Assembly (NCBI RefSeq): GCF_006345805.1
Contig: NC_043006.1
Coordinates: forward strand, 52,142,001-52,206,000
Length of the DNA stretch: 64,000 bases
Origin: Octopus sinensis
Lineage: Eukaryota
Direction of reading: 5' to 3'
In this document: piece by piece, positions 23,970 to 37,100 of the stretch
How positions within the stretch are numbered: the stretch's first letter is position 1
Layout of the letters: each line of letters starts with the position of its first letter
Translations under genes and position numbers: made by a program
The notes under the pieces: generated by a model
Seen by the model: the letters and a program-made list of their open reading frames with translations, nothing else
Databases searched by the model: none
What the model was told of the DNA's origin: nothing

Positions 23970-26900
23970 TATTCAATGGACTTCTTTCAGTTTCCATTTA
24001 CCAAATTCACTCACAAGGTTTTGGTAGAAGACAATTGCCCAAGGTGCCATGTAGTGGGACTGAATCCAGAACCATGTGGTTGGGAAGCATACTTCTTATC
24101 ACACAGCTATGGTACCATGTTAACATCTGGTCAAATGTCATGAGTTCAAATTTTACTGTAGTCACCATATAACATGACAAGTCCTAATAGGATTGGCTAA
24201 CAGTAAAAGAGGCTCCATTCCTAGATTGGCTTCAGAGTTGAATGGCCTCTAGACACAAAAAAAACCTTTGAACCTTTACTTAGTTGTTAAATTTATTAGA
24301 AATAGCAGCCAAGTCTCCCTCAAATCACACCTACCATTTTAATGCACTCTGATAGTCTCCTCTATTTTGTCCTATTCTCTTTATCCCCACCCAAACTCCC
24401 CACTTGGCTTCATTTTCTTTTGTCATGGGTCATGTGTTTCCATGACTTCCCTTTCTTCTTCCTTACCACATTCATGCCTCTCTCTCAATCACTTTCTTCT
24501 TTCTTCAGCACATCACCCAACCATTCACCTAATTTTACTTCACAACATCCATCACTGCCTCTATTCCTTCCACCATTCTCTTAAATTTATTGTTTCTCTC
24601 TCTCTCCTTCTCAATTGATACTCCACTTGTCCATCAAACCATTCACAAATCCGTTCTTTCTAACCTTCTAAGGTGAATCAAAATAAAAAATTAGAAGGAT
24701 GTTCATGGCTTTAACATCTTTAATATCAGGTGTACAAAATCATTGTTAACCTGGAGCTAGCAAATGAAATTATAGAAAAATGAATGCCAAATACAAGAAA
24801 ACAATGTACAGGGTAAGCCAAAAGTCATGCACAAAATAAGTTCAATATGCTCTGGAATTGTCAAAGACATGCTTCAATTTTTCAAAAATTGAATGAAATG
24901 AATAAAAGAATGAATGAATACACTTGTACATGACGAACGAAATGAATAATAATAATAATAATAATAATAATGATGATAATGATAATAATCCTTTCTACTG
25001 TAGGCACAAGGCCTGTATTTGTGGGGAAGTGGGTAAGTTGGTCACCCCCAGTACTTGACTGATACTTAATTTATTGACCCCGAAAGGATCAAAGGCAAAG
25101 TCGAATTCAGCGGAATTTGAACTCAGAACATAGTAGCAGACGAAATACTGCTAAGCATTTTGTCTGGTGTGCTAATGATTCTGCCAGTTCACTGCCTTAA
25201 TAATAATCATCATCATTGTCGTTTAATGTCCGCTTTCCATGGGTTGGACGGTTTCACTGAAAGCTGGGAAGCTGCATGAAGCTCCAGTCTGATTTGGCAA
25301 GGTTTCTACAGCTGGATGCTCTCCCTAATGCCAACCAATCCGAAAGTGTAGTGGGTGCTTTTTATGTGCTACTGGCACAGGAGCTAGTCAGGTGGCACTG
25401 GTATCGGCCACGCTCCAATAATAATCCTTTCTACTATAGGCACAAGGCCTGGAATTTGTGGGAAGGAGGATAGTCAGTCACATCAACCCCAGTACTTGAT
25501 TGGTACTTAATTTATCAACCCTGAAAGGATGAAAGGCAATGTCAACTTTAGTGGAATTTGAACTCAGAAAGCAGCAATGGGTGAAATACCGCCAAGTATT
25601 TCGTGCAGAGTGCTAATGATTCTGCCAGCTTGCTGCCTTGATGATGATAATAATAATAATAACAATAATAACATAATATAAATAAAATGTCAATGTTTTG
25701 GTGCGTGATTTTTGGCCTACCCTGTTTATTAATGTTGATTCCTGAAAACTAATCTAAATTGGTATATCTTGGCATTTATGTCTGTTCCAGAGAAATGGAG
25801 AAACCCCCCCAAGTTCATGTCACTACTCACCTTAATAGTTTTGCACTCTGCAAATTTCTGAGCCACGGCTGACAAAGCACTGCTCACAGCTTCTAGATAG
25901 TCAACATCACAGTTTATCTCTGAATCTGTCGTATTAAATAGGAAAAGATGATCAGAGATTTAACTAACAATAATAACAATGATGAACTTATGACAAACAA
26001 TGCTCAGGTGCACTACAACTCATCAGAAAAAGTAAGCAAAACTACATGAACAGTATACAAAATATATGCACAGGAAGAGAACTGAAAAAGTTTATACATC
26101 AGTAAAGATATAGATTGTGGAGGCGCATGGCTTAGTGGTTAGGGTGTCAGCACCATGATCGTAAGATTGTGGTTTCGATTCCTGGACTGGGCAGCGCGTT
26201 GTGTTCTTGAGCAAAACACTTCATTTCACGTTGCTCCAGTCCACTCAGCTAGCAAAAATGAGTAACACTGCGATGGACTGGTATCCCGTCCAGCTGGGGA
26301 ACACATATGCCATAGAAACCGGGTCCATGAGCCTGGCTAGGCTTTAAAAGGGTGCATTTATTTTTAAAGATATAGATTGGAAAAGATTCATCAAAAACAA
26401 TATCATCATCATCACAATCGAACAAATTTTTTCACACTGGATTTAACAATGTAGATATTATAAGCCCAGATGCCAATCCACACACATATAGCAAAACATG
26501 TAGTTAAGTACTTTTCTCACAGGGTTAAAAATCCCTCATAAACTATATTTTCACTAATGCTATCATCATATGACTAAATATCAACCCCATGCTGACCTCA
26601 CCAGTTTGGGAGGGTTTGCAAAATGTACAGACACTGGCTCTCCTCTTCAAACTAAACAATTATTAAAACTGAACTTGTTTCCAGCAAAATATTTTTCAGA
26701 CTCACACTCCAACTAAGAGTAATTCCTAATTCTCTTGTTTTGAAACTGATAAAAAGTCTGAAGACCAATGATATTAAACTGTTGAGGTTGTTAGTGTCTA
26801 ATTATACTTTGTAGATCAGGAACATTATTTAGTCTGCATCAGTCTACCTGGCTGACATAACTTCACCACTGAGTATTTCATAACATTTTATGAAACCTAT

Positions 26901-29900
26901 TTTTAATACTCCCAGATACTTCACTCTTAAACTGATTTGCTTCGAAATTCCTCCCTGCTCATAAATGGTCTACAAGTACCACTTAAACACTTCAAATTAA
27001 CAAAAAAATCAAGAAAAAAATTGTAAAAACACTTCTACCATCATCATTTTACATTCACTTTTCCACACACACACACACACACACACACAGATATATAATA
27101 AATAATAAATGCGCCCTTTTAAGGCCTAGCCAGGCTCATGAGCCCGGTTTCCCGGTTTCAATGGCGTATGTATTTCCCAGCTGGATGGGATGCCAGTCCA
27201 TCGCAGCATTACTCATTTTTGCCAGCTGAGTGGACTGGAGCAACGTGAAATGAAGTGTTTTGCTCAAGAACACAACGCGTCGCTCGCTCCAGGAATCGAA
27301 ACCACAATCTTGATGCTGACACCCTAACCACTAAGCCACGTGCCTCTACACACACACACACACACACACATATACACTGTAAAAATCCATGTAATTTGTG
27401 CACTTGTGTAATTTACGCTGGTGATTTTCAGGATAAAATTGGTTAAAAAAAAGCTTCTACTCATGTAAAATTTGCACCCAAAATTTTACAGAATTGCTGA
27501 TACAGCCAGGGAAAAAAGGTTTTTAATTTAGTTGTATTTAGCATAATTTCACTTATGATTAGATTTTATTAAATTTTTATTAAATAAAAATAATTTCTGT
27601 TTACCAGGTATCACATTGAAAACTGTTATATTACAAAGTGTTTGTTTTCTTTATAATAAACTTTATATTACATTTCTTTCTCACAAGAGATTATGTCCGA
27701 TCTTTAGCATACTGCTGTGTGCCTTCTCAAATCATGATTACAGGAAAAGTTGTTGATAAGAATTACCAACAAAATGTATGTATGTCAATGGTGCTCCACT
27801 GCAATAGGTAGAAACTCCAAGCAATGTAAAATATGGCCCATACTGTGTTTATCAGCATGCACGTCAAAACTTATACAAAAAAAGTAAGCATTAGACCGTA
27901 CAGAAAAATAAAAGTCAACTTCATTATATTTAAGCCATTATTTTTTCCGTAAAAACCTATTCTGACATTAAATAAGTCAACTTCCAGTATGAAAATTTTG
28001 CGTCATCTTTTGCCAACAAAAACAATTTTTAAAAAATATTCTGCAAACAATCTATTCATGTAATTTACGCACTCACTAAAGTTTATTTTTATTTTTGTGA
28101 AAAAAAGTGCATAAATTACACGGGTTTTTACAGTATATATACATCTTTTATCTTTTGTTTCAGCCATTTGACTGTGACCAACAATACACCACAACCATGC
28201 TTTCACAGTATGCAACTCCACTACTGATGATGAGGATGTTGAGAAGGAGGAAGAGCACCATGATGATGACCTTTTAAATTGTATCTTTGATATTGTACTC
28301 CTGTAATACCAATATGTTATAATATGCTTCTCAAATAAACTCCTTTTTAATAAAATAAATGTTTCTCAAGACCATTTTTCTTCATATATTTTCCTTAAAA
28401 TATTTCAAAATTCAAACTTTTGAATCTTTTGATATTATTGCATTTGTTTGATTTTTCAGTCTTTTAATATTTGATCTCAGTTTTGAAATATTCAGGATTA
28501 TGAACCAAACATATTTAATTACACATACATTCTGGTAGTACATGGTCTGATAGTAACAACATCCTGCTTATACAGTTAAAGCATATTTGAAAGGTCGTTT
28601 TAGGTGAAACTTTACCATCCACAAGTGCTTAAATAAAATATCATTCAGTTATCAATTGTGAGACATTGATTGACTCCAATATTAAATCAAATTGCTAAGG
28701 AGAAATCATATTGTAATTTAGGAAAACAAAATGAGAGAGAGAGGGTAAAATTGAGAATCTGAGGGCATTGGTGGTGATCTGAAAAGTTTATGCTAGCATT
28801 AAACTAAAGTCTATTTCTCTAACTCTGTAAAGTGGAGATACCAGACTACAGACAAGATCTGAAGTACAAGGTTTACGACTAAAGTCACAGCATTTGTGTT
28901 GTGCTTTCGTGCAAGGTAAATAATGCTGTTTGTAAATCCAGTTTGTTTGAGACAAAACACAGGTAACTACAGTTTACTGGTTAGTAGTGGTAGAAATAAT
29001 ATTTAGTCATAAAAACAGTTGTTCCCCCTTGAATTGACGTAAAACAGTAAAATGAAAAGAAATTTTAAATAAAAAAAGTTCATGGTAAATGAAAGCTATT
29101 CAATGTTGTTTACCTTGTTTCATGTGACACATACGGACAAGTCCAGTCCAGATGCTATGCAATCGTTCAATTCCACCAATAGTTTCAATACTAAGTGATG
29201 AGATCATATTAGCAGCACTGAGTAAAGCGTGGACACGGAGTTGAAAGAGACTACAAACAAAAAATAAGTTTGGTTTAATGAACATAATAATGCAACATTA
29301 AAATGACTCAGGTATATTGTATCAATAAAACTATTTCTGCAACATTGCAGATTACAAAAACTTAAAACATAAATATGAAAGGATCAACTTTAAAAAACAA
29401 ACGGTTACACACAGTTATGAAGAATATAGCTGTCCACAGACAAAAACATCAGAAGAGAAACAAAAATAAATTGAAATAGCACAGAATCAACATTTCTATC
29501 CAAAGTGTCCGATACATTAACTACTGTTTCTAATGATCCTCTCGAAAATTATGTTGAAAAGTGTTATATGAATAGTATTTTTCTTTATGGTCAAAAGAAT
29601 CCAGCTTTCTCCTATTTTTCTGTAATTTTATTCAACTACAGAACAAAGGACATCTAGTGATTAAACCATCACTAACTCTCTGTAGTTTCTATTAGTTACT
29701 AATTCACACAGACAAACCTATATACGCATATATTAGCTATAAAAACATTATTAGTTTCTATTCAATCTGTAAAACTTAATCGCAGTAGACAAACTTACCC
29801 AATTTAACAAAGTCAGCTCAACTCTTTTTATTAGCTTAACTTGGCTCAGAAAATTCACAGCAAACTTTTCTCTGGAGCCTAACTGAACATTATATAAGAA

Positions 29901-32900
29901 AGTTCCATTTCTAAGTTAATCAGAAAGAAGTTAGCTGCCTTAAATAGAAGTTGGTCTGTGCATGCAAACACACTCTCTCAGTGTTTGTTGGCCAACTTGT
30001 TTAAACTAATATACAAACACACACTCTCTCTTTAGCCTAACCTTTAAGCACATTGCCTAACATGCTAAAGACTCTGCCAGTTGGTTGCCTTAATAATAGT
30101 AATAATAACGAGCACTCAGAGAGCACAAACCTATGCCAAGGCAATACCAAAAGTGAGAATATCTGAAATAAACTCGGTTGCACTCACAAACAAGAATACT
30201 AAAAATGAACCTGACAGCTCTCAAAAATTAACTAAAAAAACAAGAAAAATGATCCTGAATTCTTGTCTGGTACTGGATCAATCTCAAGTCTAATCAATTC
30301 ATGCCAGTCACGAGGCCAAACATCTTTGAAAGTTTCATCCAAATCCATCCAGCAGTTCTTGAGATATCTTGTCCACAGACAAACAAACAAATATGACTGA
30401 AAACAATACCTCTGCCTTCGCTAAGGTAGAGGTAATGGTAATTTCAAATTTTGGCACATGGCCAACAATCTTAGGAAGAGGGTAAGTCAGTTACATCAAG
30501 CCCAGTGCTCAACTGTACTTATTTTATCTACCTTGAAAGAATGAAAGGCAAAGTCAACCTTAGTGGAATTTGAACTCAGAATGTTAAGCATTTTGCCAAA
30601 TATACTAATTATTCTGCCAACTTGCAACCTTAATAATAATAATGATAATGATGATAATAATAATAATAATTTTCATCATCTTCGTTTAGCGTCTGCTTTC
30701 CATGCTAGCGTGGGTTGGATGGTTCAACTGGGGTCTGGAAAGCCAGAAGGCTGCACCAGGCCCAGTCTGATCTGGCAATGTTTCTACGGCTGGATGCCCT
30801 TCCTAACGCCAACCACTCCGTGAGTGTAGTGGGTGCTTTTTACGTGCCACCGGCACAAGTGCCAGACGAGGCTGTCAGACAGCCATGATCAGATGGTGCT
30901 TTTTACATGCCACCAGCACGGGGGCCAGGCGAGGCTGGCAACGGCTACAATAATAATAATATCATGTACATTGTTTTGTCTTGGTATAAATGATGGGCTA
31001 CAGCAAATATTCTGCTCAATACCACAGATTTGCTTGTCAGTTGTTTGACCATAACCAGTTGAGCATGTCCCTTAGTGGCTGACGATATGTGCATTTCTGA
31101 TCACGAGCAGAAGTAGTCAGGGAGCATCATAGCCATGTATTGAGAGGGATTCTTTGGGGTTTGAATAATTCACCTCTGGAAACATGGGTGGTTCTTTCAA
31201 CATCCTTAAACAACCCTTATTCAGGGACCTTTTGAGCAGGATGGGCTACTCAACCTGAAGAAAATTCTAACTGGGCCCCACCTGCAAGGTCATGTGCTAT
31301 TTATCTCGATATGAGATCACCATATCGTGCACATATGGTTGTGATGCATGTGCCTGGTGTACCCTTATCAGACGGGTAGTCATGATGGGTATATTGGGCT
31401 TCGTATATTTTACCCCAGTGTCACTTTGATGGCATGAACTGCTCTCTCACTCAATAATAATAATCATCATCATCCTTTTTACTAAAAGCACAAAGCCTGA
31501 AATTTTGGGAGAAGGAGCTTGACAATTACATCAACCCCAGTGTTTCACTGGTACTTAATTTATTGATCCCAAAAGGATGAAAGGCAAAGTTGACCTTGGT
31601 GGAATTTGAACTCAGAACATGGAGACAGAAGAAATGCCCAGCATACTAACGATTCTACCAGCTTGCCACCTTGATGATGATGATGATGATGACGCCGAAG
31701 ATGATTGTTTATAATTTCTAAATTGTTTCTATGCAAATGAAACCTTCAACGACTGATGTGGAAAGGGAATTTGTGCCAATGGCAGTCAAGTGCTGGTTAG
31801 TCCTAAGAAGCAGGCAAAAACTTCTACAAAAGACAACAGATTTGTCATCATCACTGAAATGAATAATAACAATAAAAAATTTTTTCTACTATAGATACAA
31901 AGCCTGAAATTTTGGTGGAGGGGGTAGTTGATTACATCAACCCCAATGCTCAACTGACACTTATTTTATTAACCCCAGAAAACCAAAAGGTAAAACCAAC
32001 CTCAGCAGCATTTGAACTCAGAACATAAAGAGTCAACAGAAATACTACTAAACATTTTGTCCAGCATGGTAATGATGCTGATAGTTGGCTACCTTAATAA
32101 CGATAATAATAATAAAATATACAAACCATTTGGCAATCCTTTTGTTTGGTGTATTCAAAGGGCAACTGGTTGACAATGGAGGACATTCGACTTTCTTTAG
32201 AACCTAGTTTCAAAAAGATATTATCAATCTAATAAAAGAAAAACCATATTTCATTGAGATTATTATTTCTCTATTTTCAGTTTCACTTTAGGGTTCAAAC
32301 AAGCTAAACAGCTACTTCAATTATTTGTACATTCTTGAAACTCCATATCTTTTATCTTTTACTTATTTCAGTCATCAGACTGCAGCCATACTGGGGCACC
32401 CCTTAAGGAATCCTTAGTTGAATGAATCAACCCCAGGGCTTATTTTTTAAAACCTGGTACTTATTCTATCGGTCTCTTTTGCTGAACTGCTAAATTAATG
32501 GGATGTAAACACACCAACACTGGTTGTCATGCAGTGGTAGGGGACAAACAGAGACACACAGACACATATATTTACATGTACACACACACACATACAGCAG
32601 CAGTAGCAGTAGTAGTAGTAGAAAGTGGAGAAGGAGGAAATAAATATAAGAAGGAAACTGGTGACTCATTACTTACATGATTGAGAATATCAAATTTCAC
32701 AAAACAATGGTGCAGTTCAGATGGAAGACAACAAGGAGGCTAGATAAAGACAGAAATGAGAAATGCATTCAAGTTTAATTACAACAATAAAACGACTTCA
32801 ATGTTTAAAAATGAATGAAAGTGAAAGTAGAAGTTACGTAGAAATAATGAAATACCGTCCAACCCATGCTAGCATGGAAAACGGATGCTAAATGATGATG

Positions 32901-34098
32901 ATGATGATGAGTTAACAAGAAATGTCTTGAAAAACAGTTTTTAGCTGTCTGTAAATGATAAATCAACTTTCAAGATTATATATTTCTTGTGTAAGTACCA
33001 TTTTGCATATTAACAAATAACTAAACATTGCTGAAATATGAGGAGGTACCCAAAAGTAACCCGAAACGTTCTCTGTGGGACAAGCCCATTGCAGATCAGG
33101 CTTCTGCCACTAGAATCCATTTGATGCAACCCTCAGGCATCAGTCTGCCGACCAGTGTTATTCAGTGAAGTTGTACTGCCATGTGATGCATCTTTGCTTT
33201 GCAGTACTTCTCCCGTTTGTCAATTTTTGCGATGGCTGAAATGAAGGAACATGAATTCTGTTTTCTGCTGGGGAAAACGATGGCTGAAACAGTTGCCATG
33301 CTTAAAACAACTTACAAGGATGCTGCCATGAGCAAAACACAAGTCTACAAGTGGTTTTCATGCTTTAGGAATTGTCACTTCTCACTTGAAAACCAAACTC
33401 GTTCAGAGCGAACATCACCAACCAACTGGCCAACTTGTTGATATGACTGATGTGTCCTGGAGCTCCTGCCAACGAAATTTGAGTGAGGAATTGGGAATGA
33501 AAAGAATTGCAATAAAATTTGTGCCTTGCTTGCTTATGGAATATCAAAAGCAGTCATGACTGAATGCATATCGTGAACTGAAAAAACAGTTGGAAGTTGA
33601 TCTGGACCTTTTTTCAAAGGTCATCACTGGTGATGAAAGCTGGTGCTACAGAATTTGCAGATGTGGAAAAGGTGAAGAAAAAAACGACGGAGGCATTAAA
33701 AGGTAGCAGTTCACAAGAGTTCCAGCACTGCTTTGAAGAGTGGAAAACATGTCTGGACTGATGCATTGCTTCAAATAGAGAATACTTTGAAAGCGATAAA
33801 AGTGTAAGCATGTAAAACTAAGTCAATAAAATAATATTATGAAATTCCAGTTTTTTGGGGGTACCCCCTTGTACATGCATTTTTTCCTTCAGTCATCACC
33901 ACTACCCTTGTTTATTAATGAAGCCACCACTCACAGTATTAGTAGCAGGGGATTCCTATCTCACTTCTCTTATTTAGTTCTCCAACATTACTGGTGAAGT
34001 CCACAGTAGTGTTACTTGTACATAGTTTAGTATGTGTACCCAATAAAAAAGATGCATGCTGCATCTATTCTTTGTTACAATGAGCAAATAGTTTCTTC

Positions 34099-34130
<32 letters not shown>

Positions 34131-37100
34131 TGTCTCAAATTTTGGCATAAAGTGAGCAATTTTTTAGAGGGAAGCGGGGTGATTCATTACATTTGTCCTA
34201 GTACTTGATTGGTACTGTATTTTAGCAACCACCAAAGGGATATAAAGCAAAGTTGACCCCTGCAGAATTTGAACTCAGAATGTAATGAGTTAGAATAAAT
34301 ACCACTAGGTATGCTTTACTCTTTACATTTAGATATTCTCACATCTACATCTCTGCAGTTTAGTATGACAACTCCACCAACAGACCCAATTGGTCCATCT
34401 CTTCTTCTACTATAGCTTGGTTACACCATCCACTATATATGTACACCACTGTGCATTCACTAGCTATTTGAAGTGAATAGTGATAATCATAGCAAAATTG
34501 GGAAAAGATTCAAAACAAATGCTTGACTGATGAAGAGATGGCAACAAGAAAAAAAAACTTGGTTTTTATGAGGTTATTGTCTTCAAGGTGGTAGATGGAT
34601 TCTAAGTAGATATAGTACTGCATGCTCAGTGAGGTATTACTGTATCTGTTTAATCCTATGGGGTTCACTATCATTTATGCTGTTATGGCAAGTTATTTGA
34701 CAATATTCACTACAACACTATGGATTTTATAGAACTGTAGTAAGGATAAAGATTATTTATATAGAAAATTAGAATGGTTGATATGACTGTTTGCAAGTCA
34801 TATTAATGTTCGTTAACAAAGACTAAAGATAATGCAGTAGATGACTTCTTTTATTACTCATCATCAACAATCAACCGTTGAACGTTGGAGGTGTTAGAGA
34901 TAAGGAGTTTTTTATTATGATCAAAAAGGTTTGCCTTCTTGGGGATTCCAAAAGGGTTCCTATCAAAAACGGATTGACTAGTATAATTAGACATTGGTGG
35001 AGATAAGAGCTAATTCTGTACACTCTGGATAGGGGTATATTTAAATCTAAAGAATATAGCAACTGAGTAAGTTGAGGTGGTATCAGGGTGGAGTGTAATG
35101 TGATTGTGAAAACACTGGCATTGGAAGTTTAAAAAAAGTGTACTTACTTGGGCAGCAATATAAAGGATAACTTACCAATACAGAACTAGATTCATTAGTT
35201 TCCATATCAACATCACAAACAACTTCATCAGATGACATTGATTCTTCACTACCTACTTCATAATCATCATCTGGAATGGCAAAAATCATTAAACATTTTT
35301 CTTAACGGCCTATTGTGAAGTGTGAAAACCAAGGTTTATATATGTACTGAATAAACAGAAAGAACGATCAATACACACACACACTGTAGAATGAACAACA
35401 TGAAAGTCTGATAACTAATATAATTTACTCTTTTACTTGTTTCAGTCATGTGACTGCGGCCATGCTGGAGCACCGCCTTTTTAGTTAAGCAAATCGACCC
35501 CAGGACTTATTCTTTGTAAGCCTAGTACTTATTCTATCGGTCTCTTTTGCCAAACTGCTAAGTTACGGGGACGTAAACACACCAGCATCAGTTGTCAAGC
35601 GATGTTGGGGGACAAACACAGACACACAAACATATACACACACACACATATATATATATATATATGACGGGTTTCTTTCAGTTTCCGTCTACCAAATCCA
35701 CTCACAAGGCTTTGGTCGACCTGAGGCTATAGTAGAAGACACTTGCCCAAGGTGCCACGCAGTGGAACCGAACCCGGAACCATGTGGTTCGTAAGCAAGC
35801 TACTTACCACACAGCCACTCCTTTAGCCTCTAACATTGTTTTCGATTAATACAAAGTATAATGTATCTCCTGTACTGTGAAGAGAGAAAAGTTCAATTGA
35901 CCTTTAACCCTTCAGCATTTAAACTGGTCAGATCTGGCCAAAAGTATTCTGCCTGTTTTATGTTCATACTGGCCAGATCTGGTCTCTCACACCAACCCTA
36001 CAATATCGTTTTAAAAATTAACAGCTACCTCATCAAAATCTCATAGCTACAAGATAATGCATGATTACTTCAAAACAATGTGGATAAAAAAGCATTAATT
36101 TTGGCAGAATAATGCAAACACTAAAGGATTAAATCAAGAATACAGTCATTTTCACAGTGTAAGTTTTAAAATAAGTTTATTGTAACTCTGCTTAGAATCC
36201 CTGTGCTCTTGCTCCTATTCTACTTCGGTTATAGGGGCTCCTTAGAGTTGCATGAAAAGTACCCAGTATATTCTGTATGTGTGTACTTTAATAATGTTAA
36301 AAAATCAGGTAAAACTCAGTCATTCAGCAAACAGATTGGTAAAATAAGGTTCAAACTGAAATATGTACTAGGGTTGGTGCAATCAACTAAACACTTGAAG
36401 CTGGTACCTTTGCATGGTCGCAGATGTAACACAAACCTGCTTGCCTCAGTTACCTTGTCTGGCAAATACATTTATCAAACCTACTCACTCAAAAATCAAA
36501 TAATTAGTAACAGAAAAGATCCAATTTTAAAATTAAACCATCTTACACTCATCAATTTTTTATGAAGTCATCTTTTCAAATAGAAATATAGATTTTAAAA
36601 GAAATTGATTTGTTTTCAACATCTAGGATGACCTTTTTAACTGGTTGAAATCCTTCATCCTCAGCCGAAAGGAGGTAGTCACAGTTCTAGGACAGCACTC
36701 TACACCATATGAGATGTCATCGGGTGTACCACAGGGATCTGTCCTTGGTCCCCTCCTGTTTGTAGCATACATTAATGACATAGATGCCAATTTAAAGAAT
36801 GCCACAGTATTGAAATATGCAGACGACATCAAGCTGTACCTTGAAATCAAGAGGACTGATCCTGATGTCTACAACTCTTTCCTGCAATCAGACCTAGACA
36901 CAATGCAGCAATGGATCACAGACTGGCAACTGAAACTGGCTGTGGACAAGTGTACCACCATGCATTTTGGGAGAAAAAACCCTGCGTCCACATACTCCCT
37001 CCACAACACTGATATCAAGAAATCCTCTTGCGAGCGTGACCTAGGCATCACTGTCAGCAGTGATCTGCGTTGGACAAAGCATATCTCTAAAATTGTCAAG

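Noticed and set aside
29799-29882. 84-nt minus-strand exon-like segment with a strong TGG|gtaagt donor between w12 and w13
   Set aside because: Open only in phase 0, whereas this intron is phase 2 (inclusion gives an immediate TAG); weak acceptor. It could only be a poison exon, and nothing here supports that.
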